DNA of 64,000 bases from an uncultured Actinomycetes bacterium (lineage in GTDB: Bacteria; Actinomycetota; Thermoleophilia; UBA2241), in contig CAVWIH010000010.1 of NCBI GenBank assembly GCA_963755025.1, positions 33,370 to 97,369 on the forward strand, in the 5' to 3' direction. Every line of letters begins with the position of its first letter. Within the stretch, counting starts at the first letter, position 1. The notes under the pieces are model-generated. The model made no database searches. It was not told where the DNA came from and worked only from the letters and a program-made list of their open reading frames with translations. Below are positions 40,843 through 49,715 of this stretch, piece by piece. Position numbers and translations under genes: made by a program.

Positions 40843-41433
40843 CTAGCAGCGCGGCTTGCCGTGCGCGGCTTCGCCGCGACACGCCTGCAGGCCGCCTTCG
40901 ACCTTGCGCAGCAGCCTGAGAAGCTCGGCGCGCTCGGCTGTATCGAGCGACTTCACCGTCTGGGCCTCGAGCTCGCTCCACAGGGCGGTCACGGCGTCTT
41001 GCAGGCCGCGCCCCGCCGGCGTGAGGGTGACGATCACGACGCGCCGGTCGCTGGGCGAAGGCGCGCGGCGCACCCAGCCATCGCGTTCGAGGCGTTGCAG
41101 CATCTTGGTCACGGTCGAGGCGTCGAGCCCCAGGCGCTCGACGAGGTCGGCCTGCGAGCAGCGGTCGCGGTCCCAGAGCTGCAGGAGCAGCAGCTCCTGG
41201 CCGGGCGCCAGGCCGAGCTCACGCAGCAGGCCGCCGACGATCGTCTTGTGCATGCGCGACAGGCGAAAGACGGCGTGCACGGTGGGTCCGGTGCGCTCGG
41301 CCAGGGACGTGCTGCGCGGCCAGTGCTCGCAGGTCAGCGCCCGGGCGCGGTCGTCGACCGGCTCGCCGGTGCTGTCGGCCGCGTGGGGCCTGCCTCTGCC
41401 GCTTGTGACGTCGGTGTCGGTCATCGCGCTCAC
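40843..41433 (-). CDS. MarR family transcriptional regulator
   Basis: LGLDASTVTKMLQRLERDGWVRR...DRRVVIVTLTPAG. Confidence 0.9.
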   Translation of the reverse strand: MSAMTDTDVTSGRGRPHAADSTGEPVDDRARALTCEHWPRSTSLAERTGPTVHAVFRLSRMHKTIVGGLLRELGLAPGQELLLLQLWDRDRCSQADLVERLGLDASTVTKMLQRLERDGWVRRAPSPSDRRVVIVTLTPAGRGLQDAVTALWSELEAQTVKSLDTAERAELLRLLRKVEGGLQACRGEAAHGKPRC

Positions 41434-41445
41434 TGTCTACCCGAA

Positions 41446-41492
41446 TGTTTGGTCAGCCAACTATCGCGGGTAAGTAGTTGCGCGACCAACTA
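41446..41492. promoter_or_regulatory. Two putative MarR operator palindromes between divergent marR and yceI
   Basis: TGTTTG-N6-CAACTA (41446-41463) and the perfect TAGTTG-N6-CAACTA (41475-41492). Confidence 0.6.
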
Positions 41493-41515
41493 TTTCGTTG
41501 TAAAGGAGCCGTCCG

Positions 41516-42073
41516 ATGGCCTGGACCACAGATCAGCAGCACTCCCAGTTCGAGTTCGCCGTGCGCCACATGGTCGTCTCGACCGTGCGCGGGCACTTCG
41601 CCGAGTTCGCGATCGACGCCGACATCGACGAGACCGACCTCACCAGGTCGACCGGCGCCGTCGCGGTGAAGACCGCCAGCATCAGCACGCGCGAGGCGCA
41701 GCGCGACGCTCACCTGGCGTCGCCCGACTTCTTCGACGCCGAGAAGTTCCCCGAGCTCACCTACGTCGTCAAGAAGATCGCCGGCGGCGACGGGCAGTAC
41801 ACGATCACCGGCGACCTCACCATCAAGGACGTCACGCGCGAGGTCGTGCTCGACGCCGAGATCTCGGGCCCCGTAGCCGACCCGTGGGGTAACAGCAGGA
41901 TCGGCCTGTCGGCCACCGGCAAGATCAATCGCAAAGACTTCGGTCTGGGCTGGAACGTGGTCACCGAGGCCGGCGGCCTGCTGGTGGGCGACGACGTGAA
42001 GCTGAGCATCGACGCCGAGTTCGTGAAGGCACAGGAGACCGCCGAGGTCGCGGGCGCCGCCGCGTCGGCCTGA
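41516..42073 (+). CDS. YceI family protein
   Basis: HSQFEFAVRHMVVSTVRGHF, RDAHLASPDFFDAEKFP, GDLTIKDVT, INRKDFGL. Confidence 0.93.
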   Translation: MAWTTDQQHSQFEFAVRHMVVSTVRGHFAEFAIDADIDETDLTRSTGAVAVKTASISTREAQRDAHLASPDFFDAEKFPELTYVVKKIAGGDGQYTITGDLTIKDVTREVVLDAEISGPVADPWGNSRIGLSATGKINRKDFGLGWNVVTEAGGLLVGDDVKLSIDAEFVKAQETAEVAGAAASA

Positions 42074-42115
42074 GGCAGGGCGAGAGACAGGCGCAGCGCA
42101 CGGGCGCGAGCGCAA

Positions 42116-42148
42116 GCGGGCGGGTGAGGCAGAGCCTCACCCGCCCGC
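42116..42148. terminator. 15-bp hairpin between convergent yceI and pylSc
   Basis: GCGGGCGGGTGAGGC-aga-GCCTCACCCGCCCGC. Confidence 0.6.
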
Positions 42149-42158
42149 CCGTCGTGTG

Positions 42159-43007
42159 TCAGGAGAGCTGCAGCCTGACGCCGTCGAGGTAGCTCAGACT
42201 GCGACCGACACGCTCTATGCCGGCCAGGCCGCCGCTCGCCACGAGCAGGCGTTCGAGCCCGAAGCCGAGGCCCACCCAGGGGTCGGTGATCGCCCAGGCG
42301 TCGTCGAGCGGGTGCGGGCCGAGGGCGGTCGAGCAGACCTCGAGGCCGCCGACCACCACGTCGAGCTCGTCGCCGTACACCTCGGAGCTCTTCAGGACGA
42401 ACTCGTAGCCGCTCACGCCGGCGGCCTCGAGGACGACGACGGCCAGCTCGCGCAGGCGGTCGTCGCGCCGTGCGAGCGGCGTGCCGAGCTCGACCAGGTT
42501 GAGCATGGTGAACTCGTTCAGGTGTCTGGCGCCCTTGGTGTCGCGGCGAAAGCACGAGCCCATCTCGTAGATGCCGAAGGGCATCTTCCAGGTGCGCGAC
42601 AGGCGGCGCATGACGGTGTAGAGGTTGGGCGCGAGCATGGGGCGCAGGGCGCGGTCGGAGTCGAGCCGAAAGACCTGCTCGCCCATCTCGCTGTGGGGCT
42701 CGACGCCCATCTTGCGCAGCGCGTCGCCGCTCACGATCGTGGGCGTGACCACCTCGACCAGGCCGGCCGCGGCGAGCGCCGCGCGCAGCGACTCCTCGAG
42801 ACGGCGCAGCGCGGGCACGCGCGGCCCCGCGCGCAGCTCGTCGAGCGCCGCCCGCCCCGCGCCGGTGAGCTCGGTCGACAGGCGGCGGAAGGCGTCGTCG
42901 CGCTCGCCTGCGTCGGCGAAGGTCCGGCCGGTCGCGGCGGTGTCGGCGCCCAGCTCGTACAGGCGCTGGAGCTGCGTCGCGGTAAAGGCGGAGGGGCCGG
43001 GAGTCAC
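42159..43007 (-). CDS. pylSc: Pyrrolysyl-tRNA synthetase catalytic subunit
   Basis: TQLQRLYEL, VEVVTPTI, LRPMLAPNLY, motif 2 CFRRD...HLNEFTMLNLVE, SEVYG, motif 3 PWVGLGFGLERL, RSLSYLDGVRL. Matches the bacterial (Desulfitobacterium-type) PylSc layout. Confidence 0.95.
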   Translation of the reverse strand: MTPGPSAFTATQLQRLYELGADTAATGRTFADAGERDDAFRRLSTELTGAGRAALDELRAGPRVPALRRLEESLRAALAAAGLVEVVTPTIVSGDALRKMGVEPHSEMGEQVFRLDSDRALRPMLAPNLYTVMRRLSRTWKMPFGIYEMGSCFRRDTKGARHLNEFTMLNLVELGTPLARRDDRLRELAVVVLEAAGVSGYEFVLKSSEVYGDELDVVVGGLEVCSTALGPHPLDDAWAITDPWVGLGFGLERLLVASGGLAGIERVGRSLSYLDGVRLQLS

Positions 43008-43025
43008 GAGCGGGGCGCCGTCGCC

Positions 43026-44105
43026 CTAGGCGCGGGCCAGGTAGCGCGTGAAGCCGCCGACCACGGCGCCCGCCAGCCGTTCGACGTAGTCGGGGCGGCC
43101 CGCGCGGGCGTCGTCGTCGGGGTTCGTGAGAAAGAGCGGCTCGACCATGACGGCGATCGCCGTGGGTTCGCGCAGCACGGCGAAGTTGCGGCCCACGCTG
43201 CCGATGAAGCCGGCGCCGCCCAGGCGCCCGACCTCGGTCCCGATGTAGTCGGACAGGCGCGCGCCGTGCTCTGAGTAGTAGTGGCTGCGCTGAAAGAAGT
43301 AGCCCACGGCGCCGGCGGCGGCGGGGCTCTGGTCGCCGTTGAAGTGCAGGCTGACGAGGTAGTCGGCGGCGGCCGCTTCGACTGCGTCGGTGCGGTCGTA
43401 GAGCGGCACCGCCCTGTCGGTCTCGCGGGTCAAGGCCACTCGGCTGCCCTCGGCGCGCAGCAGCTCGGCGAGGCGCAGGCCGACGGCCAGCGTGAGGTCC
43501 TTTTCGGCGCGCCCCGTGGGCGAGATCACGCCGGTATCGGGCCCGCCGTGGCCCGGGTCGATGGCCACGACCACGCCGGTGAGGCTGGCCACCGGGGCGA
43601 AGCCCTCGTCGCGGTCGGGGATCTTCTTGCCCTCGCGACCGGTCTCGGCCTTGCGCAGCGCTTCGAGCTTGCGCAGGGTGTCGTCGCCCACGATGCCGTC
43701 GGCCTGCAGCCCGGCGTTGCGCTGAAAGTCGATCAGGGCGCGTTCGACCGCCGTGTCGAAGATGCCGCGCTCGGGCCCGGCGTTGAAGCCGAACAGGTTG
43801 AGCTTGACCTGCAGGGCGAGCACGTCGTCGCCGCGAAAGTTGGGCATGCGCAGGTAGAGCAGCCGGTCGCCGAGCGCGTAGCCGGCTTCGACCAGCTCAC
43901 GCCAGGTGTTGGCGCCCAGCACGCCGTCGGCGAGCAGGCCGCGCTCCTGCTGAAAGGCGCGCAGGGCGAGCTGGCTGCGCGGCCCCAGAAAGCCGTCGAG
44001 GCCTTCGTTGCCGAGCTCGTAGCCGAGCGCGTGCAGCCGTTGCTGCACGTCGGTGACTTCTTTGCCGCGATCGCCGAGGGTCAGTGTGCGCATGAGGGTC
44101 GTCAC
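43026..44105 (-). CDS. CwlM-like N-acetylmuramoyl-L-alanine amidase (2 peptidoglycan-binding domains plus Amidase_3)
   Basis: Two LQ..L...G...DG.FG...AL..FQ...GL..DG repeats; IDPGHGG, EK, SLHFN, VMVEP; no signal peptide. Confidence 0.88.
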   Translation of the reverse strand: MTTLMRTLTLGDRGKEVTDVQQRLHALGYELGNEGLDGFLGPRSQLALRAFQQERGLLADGVLGANTWRELVEAGYALGDRLLYLRMPNFRGDDVLALQVKLNLFGFNAGPERGIFDTAVERALIDFQRNAGLQADGIVGDDTLRKLEALRKAETGREGKKIPDRDEGFAPVASLTGVVVAIDPGHGGPDTGVISPTGRAEKDLTLAVGLRLAELLRAEGSRVALTRETDRAVPLYDRTDAVEAAAADYLVSLHFNGDQSPAAAGAVGYFFQRSHYYSEHGARLSDYIGTEVGRLGGAGFIGSVGRNFAVLREPTAIAVMVEPLFLTNPDDDARAGRPDYVERLAGAVVGGFTRYLARA

Positions 44106-44148
44106 TTTCGTCTACGCCGCGCCTGGTTCGCTCAAACCGAGCCGCCAA

Positions 44149-44157
44149 AGTATAGCA
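44149..44157 (-). promoter_or_regulatory. Extended -10 promoter for amidase(-pylSc)
   Basis: TG-C-TATACT on the minus strand ~45 nt upstream of the amidase start. Confidence 0.5.
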
Positions 44158-44300
44158 ACAGCAACAGGGCCCGCCGGCCGGTGCCGCCGGTCCGGGCGCG
44201 CGCCGCCGCGGTCGCATCCGCTCACGACGGGGCGCGCGCCGCCGCTCGGCTCGCGCCGCCCAGTGCCGGGCTCGCGCGGCCGCGCGAGCCCGCGCCTGCC

Positions 44301-45149
44301 TCAGATCCCCGTGGCGTGCCGCAGGCCGGTGGCGATCACGATCAGCAGCGCGGTCGCCACGATCAGGCGATAGGCGACGAAGATGGCGAAGGTGTGGGTG
44401 CGCAGGTAGCCGAGCACGAACCAGATGGCCGCCAGGCCGCTCAGCGCGGCGGCCACCATGCCCACCAGGAAGGGCTGCGCCATGTGGGGCGGCATGCCGT
44501 CTTTGACGAGCTGGGCGGTCTTGAGCAGCGCCGCGCCGCCCACGACGGGCACCGACAGCAGGAACGAGTAGCGCGCGGTCGACTCGCGGTCGAGCCCCAG
44601 GAAGAGGCCGGTGACCATGGTGACCCCCGAACGCGACACGCCCGGCGCCAGCGCGACGGCCTGCGCTACGCCGATGCCGAGCGCTCCGGGCCAGCGCAGG
44701 TCGTCCATCGACTTGTTGAGCTTGGCCGTCATGTCGGCCGCCATCATGACCAGGGCGAAGGCGAACAGCATGATGCAGATGAGGTAGGGCTTGCCGAGCT
44801 GGTCGGTGATGAAGTTCTCGAGGAGCACGCCGACGATCCCCGCCGGTACCGTGCTGATGAGCAGCAGCCAGGCGATGCGCTCGTTCTGGGTCTCGATGCG
44901 GCGACGGCGCAGGCTGCGCAGCCAGGCCCGCACGATCACCACGATGTCGCGCCAGAAGTAGACCAGGGCGGCGACGAAGGTGCCCAGGTGCAGGGCCACG
45001 TCGAAGGTCTTGTTGAGGGCCGGGTTGTTCTGGAAGAAGTGCCAGCCGAACAGCCAGGGCACCAGGATGAGGTGACCCGAGCTCGAGATCGGCAGGAACT
45101 CGGTGAGGCCCTGGACGATGCCGAGGATCAACGCCTGCAGGATACTCAT
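44301..45149 (-). CDS. uppP: Undecaprenyl-diphosphate phosphatase
   Basis: LGIVQGLTEFLPISSSGHL, LHLGT, ALAPGVSRSG, ARYSFLLS. Confidence 0.95.
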   Translation of the reverse strand: MSILQALILGIVQGLTEFLPISSSGHLILVPWLFGWHFFQNNPALNKTFDVALHLGTFVAALVYFWRDIVVIVRAWLRSLRRRRIETQNERIAWLLLISTVPAGIVGVLLENFITDQLGKPYLICIMLFAFALVMMAADMTAKLNKSMDDLRWPGALGIGVAQAVALAPGVSRSGVTMVTGLFLGLDRESTARYSFLLSVPVVGGAALLKTAQLVKDGMPPHMAQPFLVGMVAAALSGLAAIWFVLGYLRTHTFAIFVAYRLIVATALLIVIATGLRHATGI

Positions 45150-45412
45150 GAGCGTGGCGGCGAGAGCCGGCGGTCGCGGTCGGTCATGGCGCGCAGTCTC
45201 CTCGGTCGGTCGTTCAAGAGTCGTCGGCGTCGCGTGCGGCTCGCCGGCCGCGAGAGCGTGCATGAAGACGTCGGCTCGCCGCGGATGCTGGCAGTCTAGC
45301 GCACCGCGGCGGCGACCCGGTAGCGCCCGGCCGCCGGATTGCCACTGTCTCGAGCGTTGTTTGCTGCGCGCCGTTTCCAGTACGATGAGCACTCCAAGTG
45401 AGGGGGACGTTC

Positions 45413-46108
45413 GTGGATCAGCAACACAGGCTCACAGCCGTCCTTGCCGACGGCACCCGCTACGGCATCTACCGGTCGATCGTCGAGCGACCCGGCGACG
45501 AGGTCACCGTGGCCAGCGTGGCCACGCGCTTCGCGCTGCACCCCAACGTCGCCCGCATGCACCTGACCAAGCTCGAGCGCGCCGGCCTGCTCGCCACCTC
45601 GCTGCGCAAGGACGGCTCGGGTGGACGCCCCGCCCGCCTCTACCGCCTGAGCGACCAGGTCTCCACGCTCACCATGCCGCCGCGGCGGTACGACCTGCTC
45701 TCCGACCTCGCCCTCAAGGCGCTGGCCGCGACCGGCGACCTCGAGACCGTGGCCGCCGTGTGCCGCACCACCGGCGCCGCCGCCGCTCGCACCTACGTCG
45801 CCGACCACCCCGAGTTTCGCCACCCCGGGCGCGACGAGCTCGTCAGGGCCATGCTCGACGTGGGCGAAGAGGTCGGCATGCTGCCCGAGATGGAGTGGGA
45901 CGAATCGACGCTCGCCCTCGACGTGCGCAACTGCGCCTTCAAAGAGCTCTCGACGGCGCAGCCCGACCTGGTCTGCGTCATGCACCGCGCTTTTCTCGAG
46001 GGGTTCATAGAGCAGCTCGCCGCCGCCGGCAGCGCGGTCGCCATTCAGGCCTCTTCGGCCATCAGCCGGGGTGCCGACCGCTGCCACATGCGCGTCGTCT
46101 TCGGCTGA
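45413..46108 (+). CDS. ArsR-like HTH transcriptional regulator with Cys-containing C-terminal domain
   Basis: LHPNVARMHLTKLERAGLL...GGRPARLY; RNCAF, LVCVMH, C-terminal RC. Confidence 0.8.
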   Translation: MDQQHRLTAVLADGTRYGIYRSIVERPGDEVTVASVATRFALHPNVARMHLTKLERAGLLATSLRKDGSGGRPARLYRLSDQVSTLTMPPRRYDLLSDLALKALAATGDLETVAAVCRTTGAAAARTYVADHPEFRHPGRDELVRAMLDVGEEVGMLPEMEWDESTLALDVRNCAFKELSTAQPDLVCVMHRAFLEGFIEQLAAAGSAVAIQASSAISRGADRCHMRVVFG

Positions 46109-46204
46109 GCAAGCGGCCCCTGCGGCTCCCCCAGCTACGCTCGTCGTGGGCGTGATACAGTACTCGCGTTTGCGCCACCCTCCGAAGCGGGGAACCACCA
46201 CCTG

Positions 46205-47605
46205 ATGCAGCTCGACGACCTCAGCCCAGACCTGCTGAACGCCACCATCCGCCGCGCCCTGCGCCACGGCGGCGACTTCGCCGAGGTCTTCGTCGAAGAC
46301 CGCCGCTCGCTCGGGCTCTCGCTCGAAGACCGGCGTGTCGAGCGCGCCGTCGGCGGTCGCGAAGCCGGGTTCGGCGTGCGCTTGACGAGCGGCGACCGCA
46401 CCTACTACTCCTACTCCGACGACCTCTCCGAAGCCGACCTGCAGGGCGCCGCCGACGCAGTCTCGGCGGCGCTGCGCGGCGCGTCGGGCACCGTGACCGT
46501 CAGCAACCTCGGCGCGCTGCGCCCGGCGCGGGCCACAGCGGCCATCGCCGTGCGCCCCGACACCGTCGCCACCGACGTCAAGGCGGCGCTGCTGCGCGCC
46601 GCCGACGACGCGGCGCGCGCCGCCGACCCGGCCGTCACCCAGGTCAGCGCCGGCTACCTCGAAAGCCGCCAGCGCCTGCTCGTGGCCAACTCTCTGGGCA
46701 CTCTGGTGGCCGACGACCGGACGCGCGTGCGCTTCACGGTGAGCGCCGTGGCGCGGCGCGACGGCGTCATTCAGACCGGCTACGAGAGCCTCGGCAAGAG
46801 TCTCGGCTTTGAGATCGTCGACGAAGGAATCGCCCAGGACATGGCGCGCGCCGCGGCCCACAAGGCGATCACCATGCTCGACTCACGGCCGGCGCCCACC
46901 GGCCCCATGTCGGTCGTCATGGGCAACGGCTTCGGCGGCACCCTGTTCCACGAAGCCTGCGGCCACGGCCTCGAAGCCGACGGCATCGCCAAGGGCTCGA
47001 GCATCTACGAGGGCAAGATCGGCGACCTCGTGGCCGCTGCCGTGGTCAACGCCTACGACGACGGCACCATCGCCGGCGAGTGGGGCTCGGCCGGGGTCGA
47101 CGACGAAGGCGCGCCCACGCAAAAGACCGTGGTCATCGAGAACGGCCGCCTGCGCGGCTTTCTCTACGACGGCCTGCGGGCCCGCGAACAAGGCGTCGCC
47201 CAAACGGGCAACGGCCGTCGCCAGTCGTTCCGCCACGTGCCCATCCCGCGCATGACCACCACCTGCATCGCCCCCGGCGACGCCACCGCCGACGACATCA
47301 TCGCCGCCACCGAGCGCGGCTTCTACGCCAAGACGCTGGCCGGCGGCCAGGTCGAGCCGGCCAGCGGCAACTTCGTCTTCGGGGTGGCCGAGGGCTACCT
47401 CATAGAGCACGGCCGCATCACGGCGCCGCTGCGCGGCGCCACCCTGGTGGGCAACGGCATCGACGTGCTCAAGAGCATCGACATGATCGCCTCAGACTTC
47501 GAGGTCAAGTCGGGCATCTGCGGCAAAGACGGCCAGAGCGTGCCGGTGGGCACGGGCCAGGCCACGCTGCGCATCGCCACCATGACCGTGGGCGGCACGG
47601 GCTAG
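46205..47605 (+). CDS. tldD: TldD metalloprotease
   Basis: GGDFAEVFVE, LFHEACGHGLEAD, DDEG, GNGRRQS, PRMT, CGKDGQSVPVG. Confidence 0.93.
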   Translation: MQLDDLSPDLLNATIRRALRHGGDFAEVFVEDRRSLGLSLEDRRVERAVGGREAGFGVRLTSGDRTYYSYSDDLSEADLQGAADAVSAALRGASGTVTVSNLGALRPARATAAIAVRPDTVATDVKAALLRAADDAARAADPAVTQVSAGYLESRQRLLVANSLGTLVADDRTRVRFTVSAVARRDGVIQTGYESLGKSLGFEIVDEGIAQDMARAAAHKAITMLDSRPAPTGPMSVVMGNGFGGTLFHEACGHGLEADGIAKGSSIYEGKIGDLVAAAVVNAYDDGTIAGEWGSAGVDDEGAPTQKTVVIENGRLRGFLYDGLRAREQGVAQTGNGRRQSFRHVPIPRMTTTCIAPGDATADDIIAATERGFYAKTLAGGQVEPASGNFVFGVAEGYLIEHGRITAPLRGATLVGNGIDVLKSIDMIASDFEVKSGICGKDGQSVPVGTGQATLRIATMTVGGTG

Positions 47606-48945
47606 TGATCGACGCCGTCGACAGATTGCTCGAGCGCGCCCTGGCGCGCGGCGCCAAGGCCGCCGAGGTCTACGCCGAGCAAAGCAGCACGCACCGCGTC
47701 AAGGTGTTTCGCGGCGCGGTCGAAGAGCTCACCGCGGCGCGTCGCAAGGGCGTCGGGCTGCGCGTCTTTCAGGACGGCTCGGTGGGCTACGCCTACACCT
47801 CAGACCTGTCCGATGCGTCGCTCGACGACGTCGTCGCGACCGCCCTGGCCAACGCCCGCGTGGCCGACCACGACCCCGACTCCGTGCTGCCTGCGCCGCA
47901 CGACAAACCGGCCGCGGTCGACGTGTACGACCCCGGTCTCGAGCAGGCCACCGACGAGCAGCGCATCGACCTCGCGCTGGGCGTCGAAGCGGCCGCCCTG
48001 GCGGCCGACCCGCGCGTCAAGTCGGTCGACGAAGCGGTCTACGCCGACGGCGACGCCCAGGTCTTCCTGGCCAACTCGGGCGGCGTGCGCGGCAGCTTCC
48101 GCGAGGGTCACTGCTACGCCTACGCCTACGTGCTGGGCGAGCACGACGGCCAGATCGAGACCGGCCTGTCGTTCACGGTGGGCCGCAAGCCGGCCGACCT
48201 CGACCCGCGGGCCTGCGGCGCCGAGGCCGCCAGGCGCGCCGTCGAGCTGCTCGGGGCGACCAAGACGAAGACCGTCAAGACGACCGTGGTGCTCGACCCC
48301 TTCGTGGCGGCCTCGTTCTTCGGCGTGCTCTCCTCGGCGCTCACCGCCGAAGCCGTGCAAAAAGGCCGCTCGCTCTTTGCCGGGCGTGTCGGCGAGCAGA
48401 TCGCCGGGCCGGGCGTCACGCTCACCGACGACGGCATCCACCCCGACGGCCTGGCGAGCGCGCCGTTCGACGGCGAGGGCGTGCCCTGCCGCCGCACGCC
48501 GCTCATCGCCGACGGCGTGCTGCAGGGCTTTCTCTACAACGTGCGCTCGGGGCACCGCGACGGCCGCGAATCCACCGGCAACGGCGCCCGCGGCTCGTAC
48601 CAGACCATGCCCGGCGTGGGCCCCACCAACCTGGTGCTTTCCGGCCCGCAGGTGCCCATCGCCGAGCTCATCGGCGGCATCGACTACGGCGTGCTCGTGA
48701 CCAACGCCATCGGCATCCACTCGGGCGCCAACCCGGTCTCGGGCGAGTTCTCGGTGGGCATCAGCGGCCTGCTCATCGAGGCCGGTCGCGTCACCAAGCC
48801 GGTGCACGAAGTCACTATGGCCGGCGACATCGTCTCCATGCTGCGCAGCATCGTGGCGCTGGGCGACGACGCCCGCTGGGTGCCGAGCGGCAGCATCCTC
48901 ACGGGGTCGGTGGCCATCGAAGGAGTCTCGATCGGCGGCGTCTGA
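47605..48945 (+). CDS. pmbA: PmbA/TldE protein
   Basis: GVGLRV, PFDGEG, STGNGAR, ANPVSGEFS; GTG overlaps the tldD stop. Confidence 0.88.
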   Translation: MIDAVDRLLERALARGAKAAEVYAEQSSTHRVKVFRGAVEELTAARRKGVGLRVFQDGSVGYAYTSDLSDASLDDVVATALANARVADHDPDSVLPAPHDKPAAVDVYDPGLEQATDEQRIDLALGVEAAALAADPRVKSVDEAVYADGDAQVFLANSGGVRGSFREGHCYAYAYVLGEHDGQIETGLSFTVGRKPADLDPRACGAEAARRAVELLGATKTKTVKTTVVLDPFVAASFFGVLSSALTAEAVQKGRSLFAGRVGEQIAGPGVTLTDDGIHPDGLASAPFDGEGVPCRRTPLIADGVLQGFLYNVRSGHRDGRESTGNGARGSYQTMPGVGPTNLVLSGPQVPIAELIGGIDYGVLVTNAIGIHSGANPVSGEFSVGISGLLIEAGRVTKPVHEVTMAGDIVSMLRSIVALGDDARWVPSGSILTGSVAIEGVSIGGV

Positions 48946-49030
48946 CGGCGCCCGCGGGTCGCACCCGTTGCGCGCCGCGGCATCGGCCGGGGCGCGACAA
49001 GCAGCAGCAACGACACCACTGGGAGATCAC

Positions 49031-49555
49031 GTGAGCGGACTCGGCGACCGGCTGCTGGCAGCCAGCTACCTCGAAGGCGATTTCGTGCTGCGCTCGGGCG
49101 TGCACAGCTCGTTCTACCTCGACAAGTACCTGTTCGAGACACGCCCCGACCTGCTCGGCGACATCGCCGCCGGCCTGGCCGCCAAGCTCGCCCCGTATGA
49201 GCCTTTCGACCTGCTGGCCGGCCCCGAGCTCGGCGCCGTCGCCCTGGTGGCGGCGCTGTCGCTGGCCACCGGCAAGCCGTTCGTCATCGTGCGCAAGGGC
49301 GAGAAGGACTACGGCACCAGGCGCCTGCTCGAGGGCCGCGCCGAGGCCGGGCAGCGCGTCGTGGTGATCGAAGACATCGTCACCTCGGGCGGCGCGGCCC
49401 TGCAGGCGGTGCACGTGTTGCGCGACACTGGCCTGCAGGTGCCGGCCGTGCTGTGCGTGGTCGACCGCGAGCAGGGCGGCCGCGAGGCGTTCGCCGCCCA
49501 GGGCGTCACGCTCGACCCGCTGTTCACGGCGAGCGGCCTGGGCATCAAGGTCTGA
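49031..49555 (+). CDS. pyrE: Orotate phosphoribosyltransferase
   Basis: GDFVLRSG..SSFYLDK, GPELGA, VRKGEKDYG, VVIEDIVTSGG, VVDRE. Confidence 0.92.
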   Translation: MSGLGDRLLAASYLEGDFVLRSGVHSSFYLDKYLFETRPDLLGDIAAGLAAKLAPYEPFDLLAGPELGAVALVAALSLATGKPFVIVRKGEKDYGTRRLLEGRAEAGQRVVVIEDIVTSGGAALQAVHVLRDTGLQVPAVLCVVDREQGGREAFAAQGVTLDPLFTASGLGIKV

Positions 49556-49601
49556 GGGCGTAGGGCGGCTCGGCCGCGGCGCAGGTGCGGCCGGCGCGCC
49601 A

Positions 49602-49701
49602 CGCCACACGCGACGCCGCGCCCACCCCGCAGCCGGTGCAGCGCGCCACACGCGACGCCGCAGTCACCCCGCGGGCGATGCGGCGCCACACGCGACGCCG
49701 C
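49602..49701. repeat. Three 18-bp direct repeats (CGCCACACGCGACGCCGC), period 40-42 bp
   Basis: Exact copies at 49602, 49644 and 49684 in the convergent intergenic region. Confidence 0.8.
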
Positions 49702-49715
49702 GTCCCCGTCGTGTC

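Noticed and set aside
47603-47608. tldD-pmbA amber readthrough fusion
   Set aside because: The TAG is immediately followed by an in-frame TGA, and pmbA starts in another frame.
49602-49701. Mini CRISPR array
   Set aside because: The repeats are only 18 bp, the spacers are short and similar to each other, and there are no cas genes or leader.
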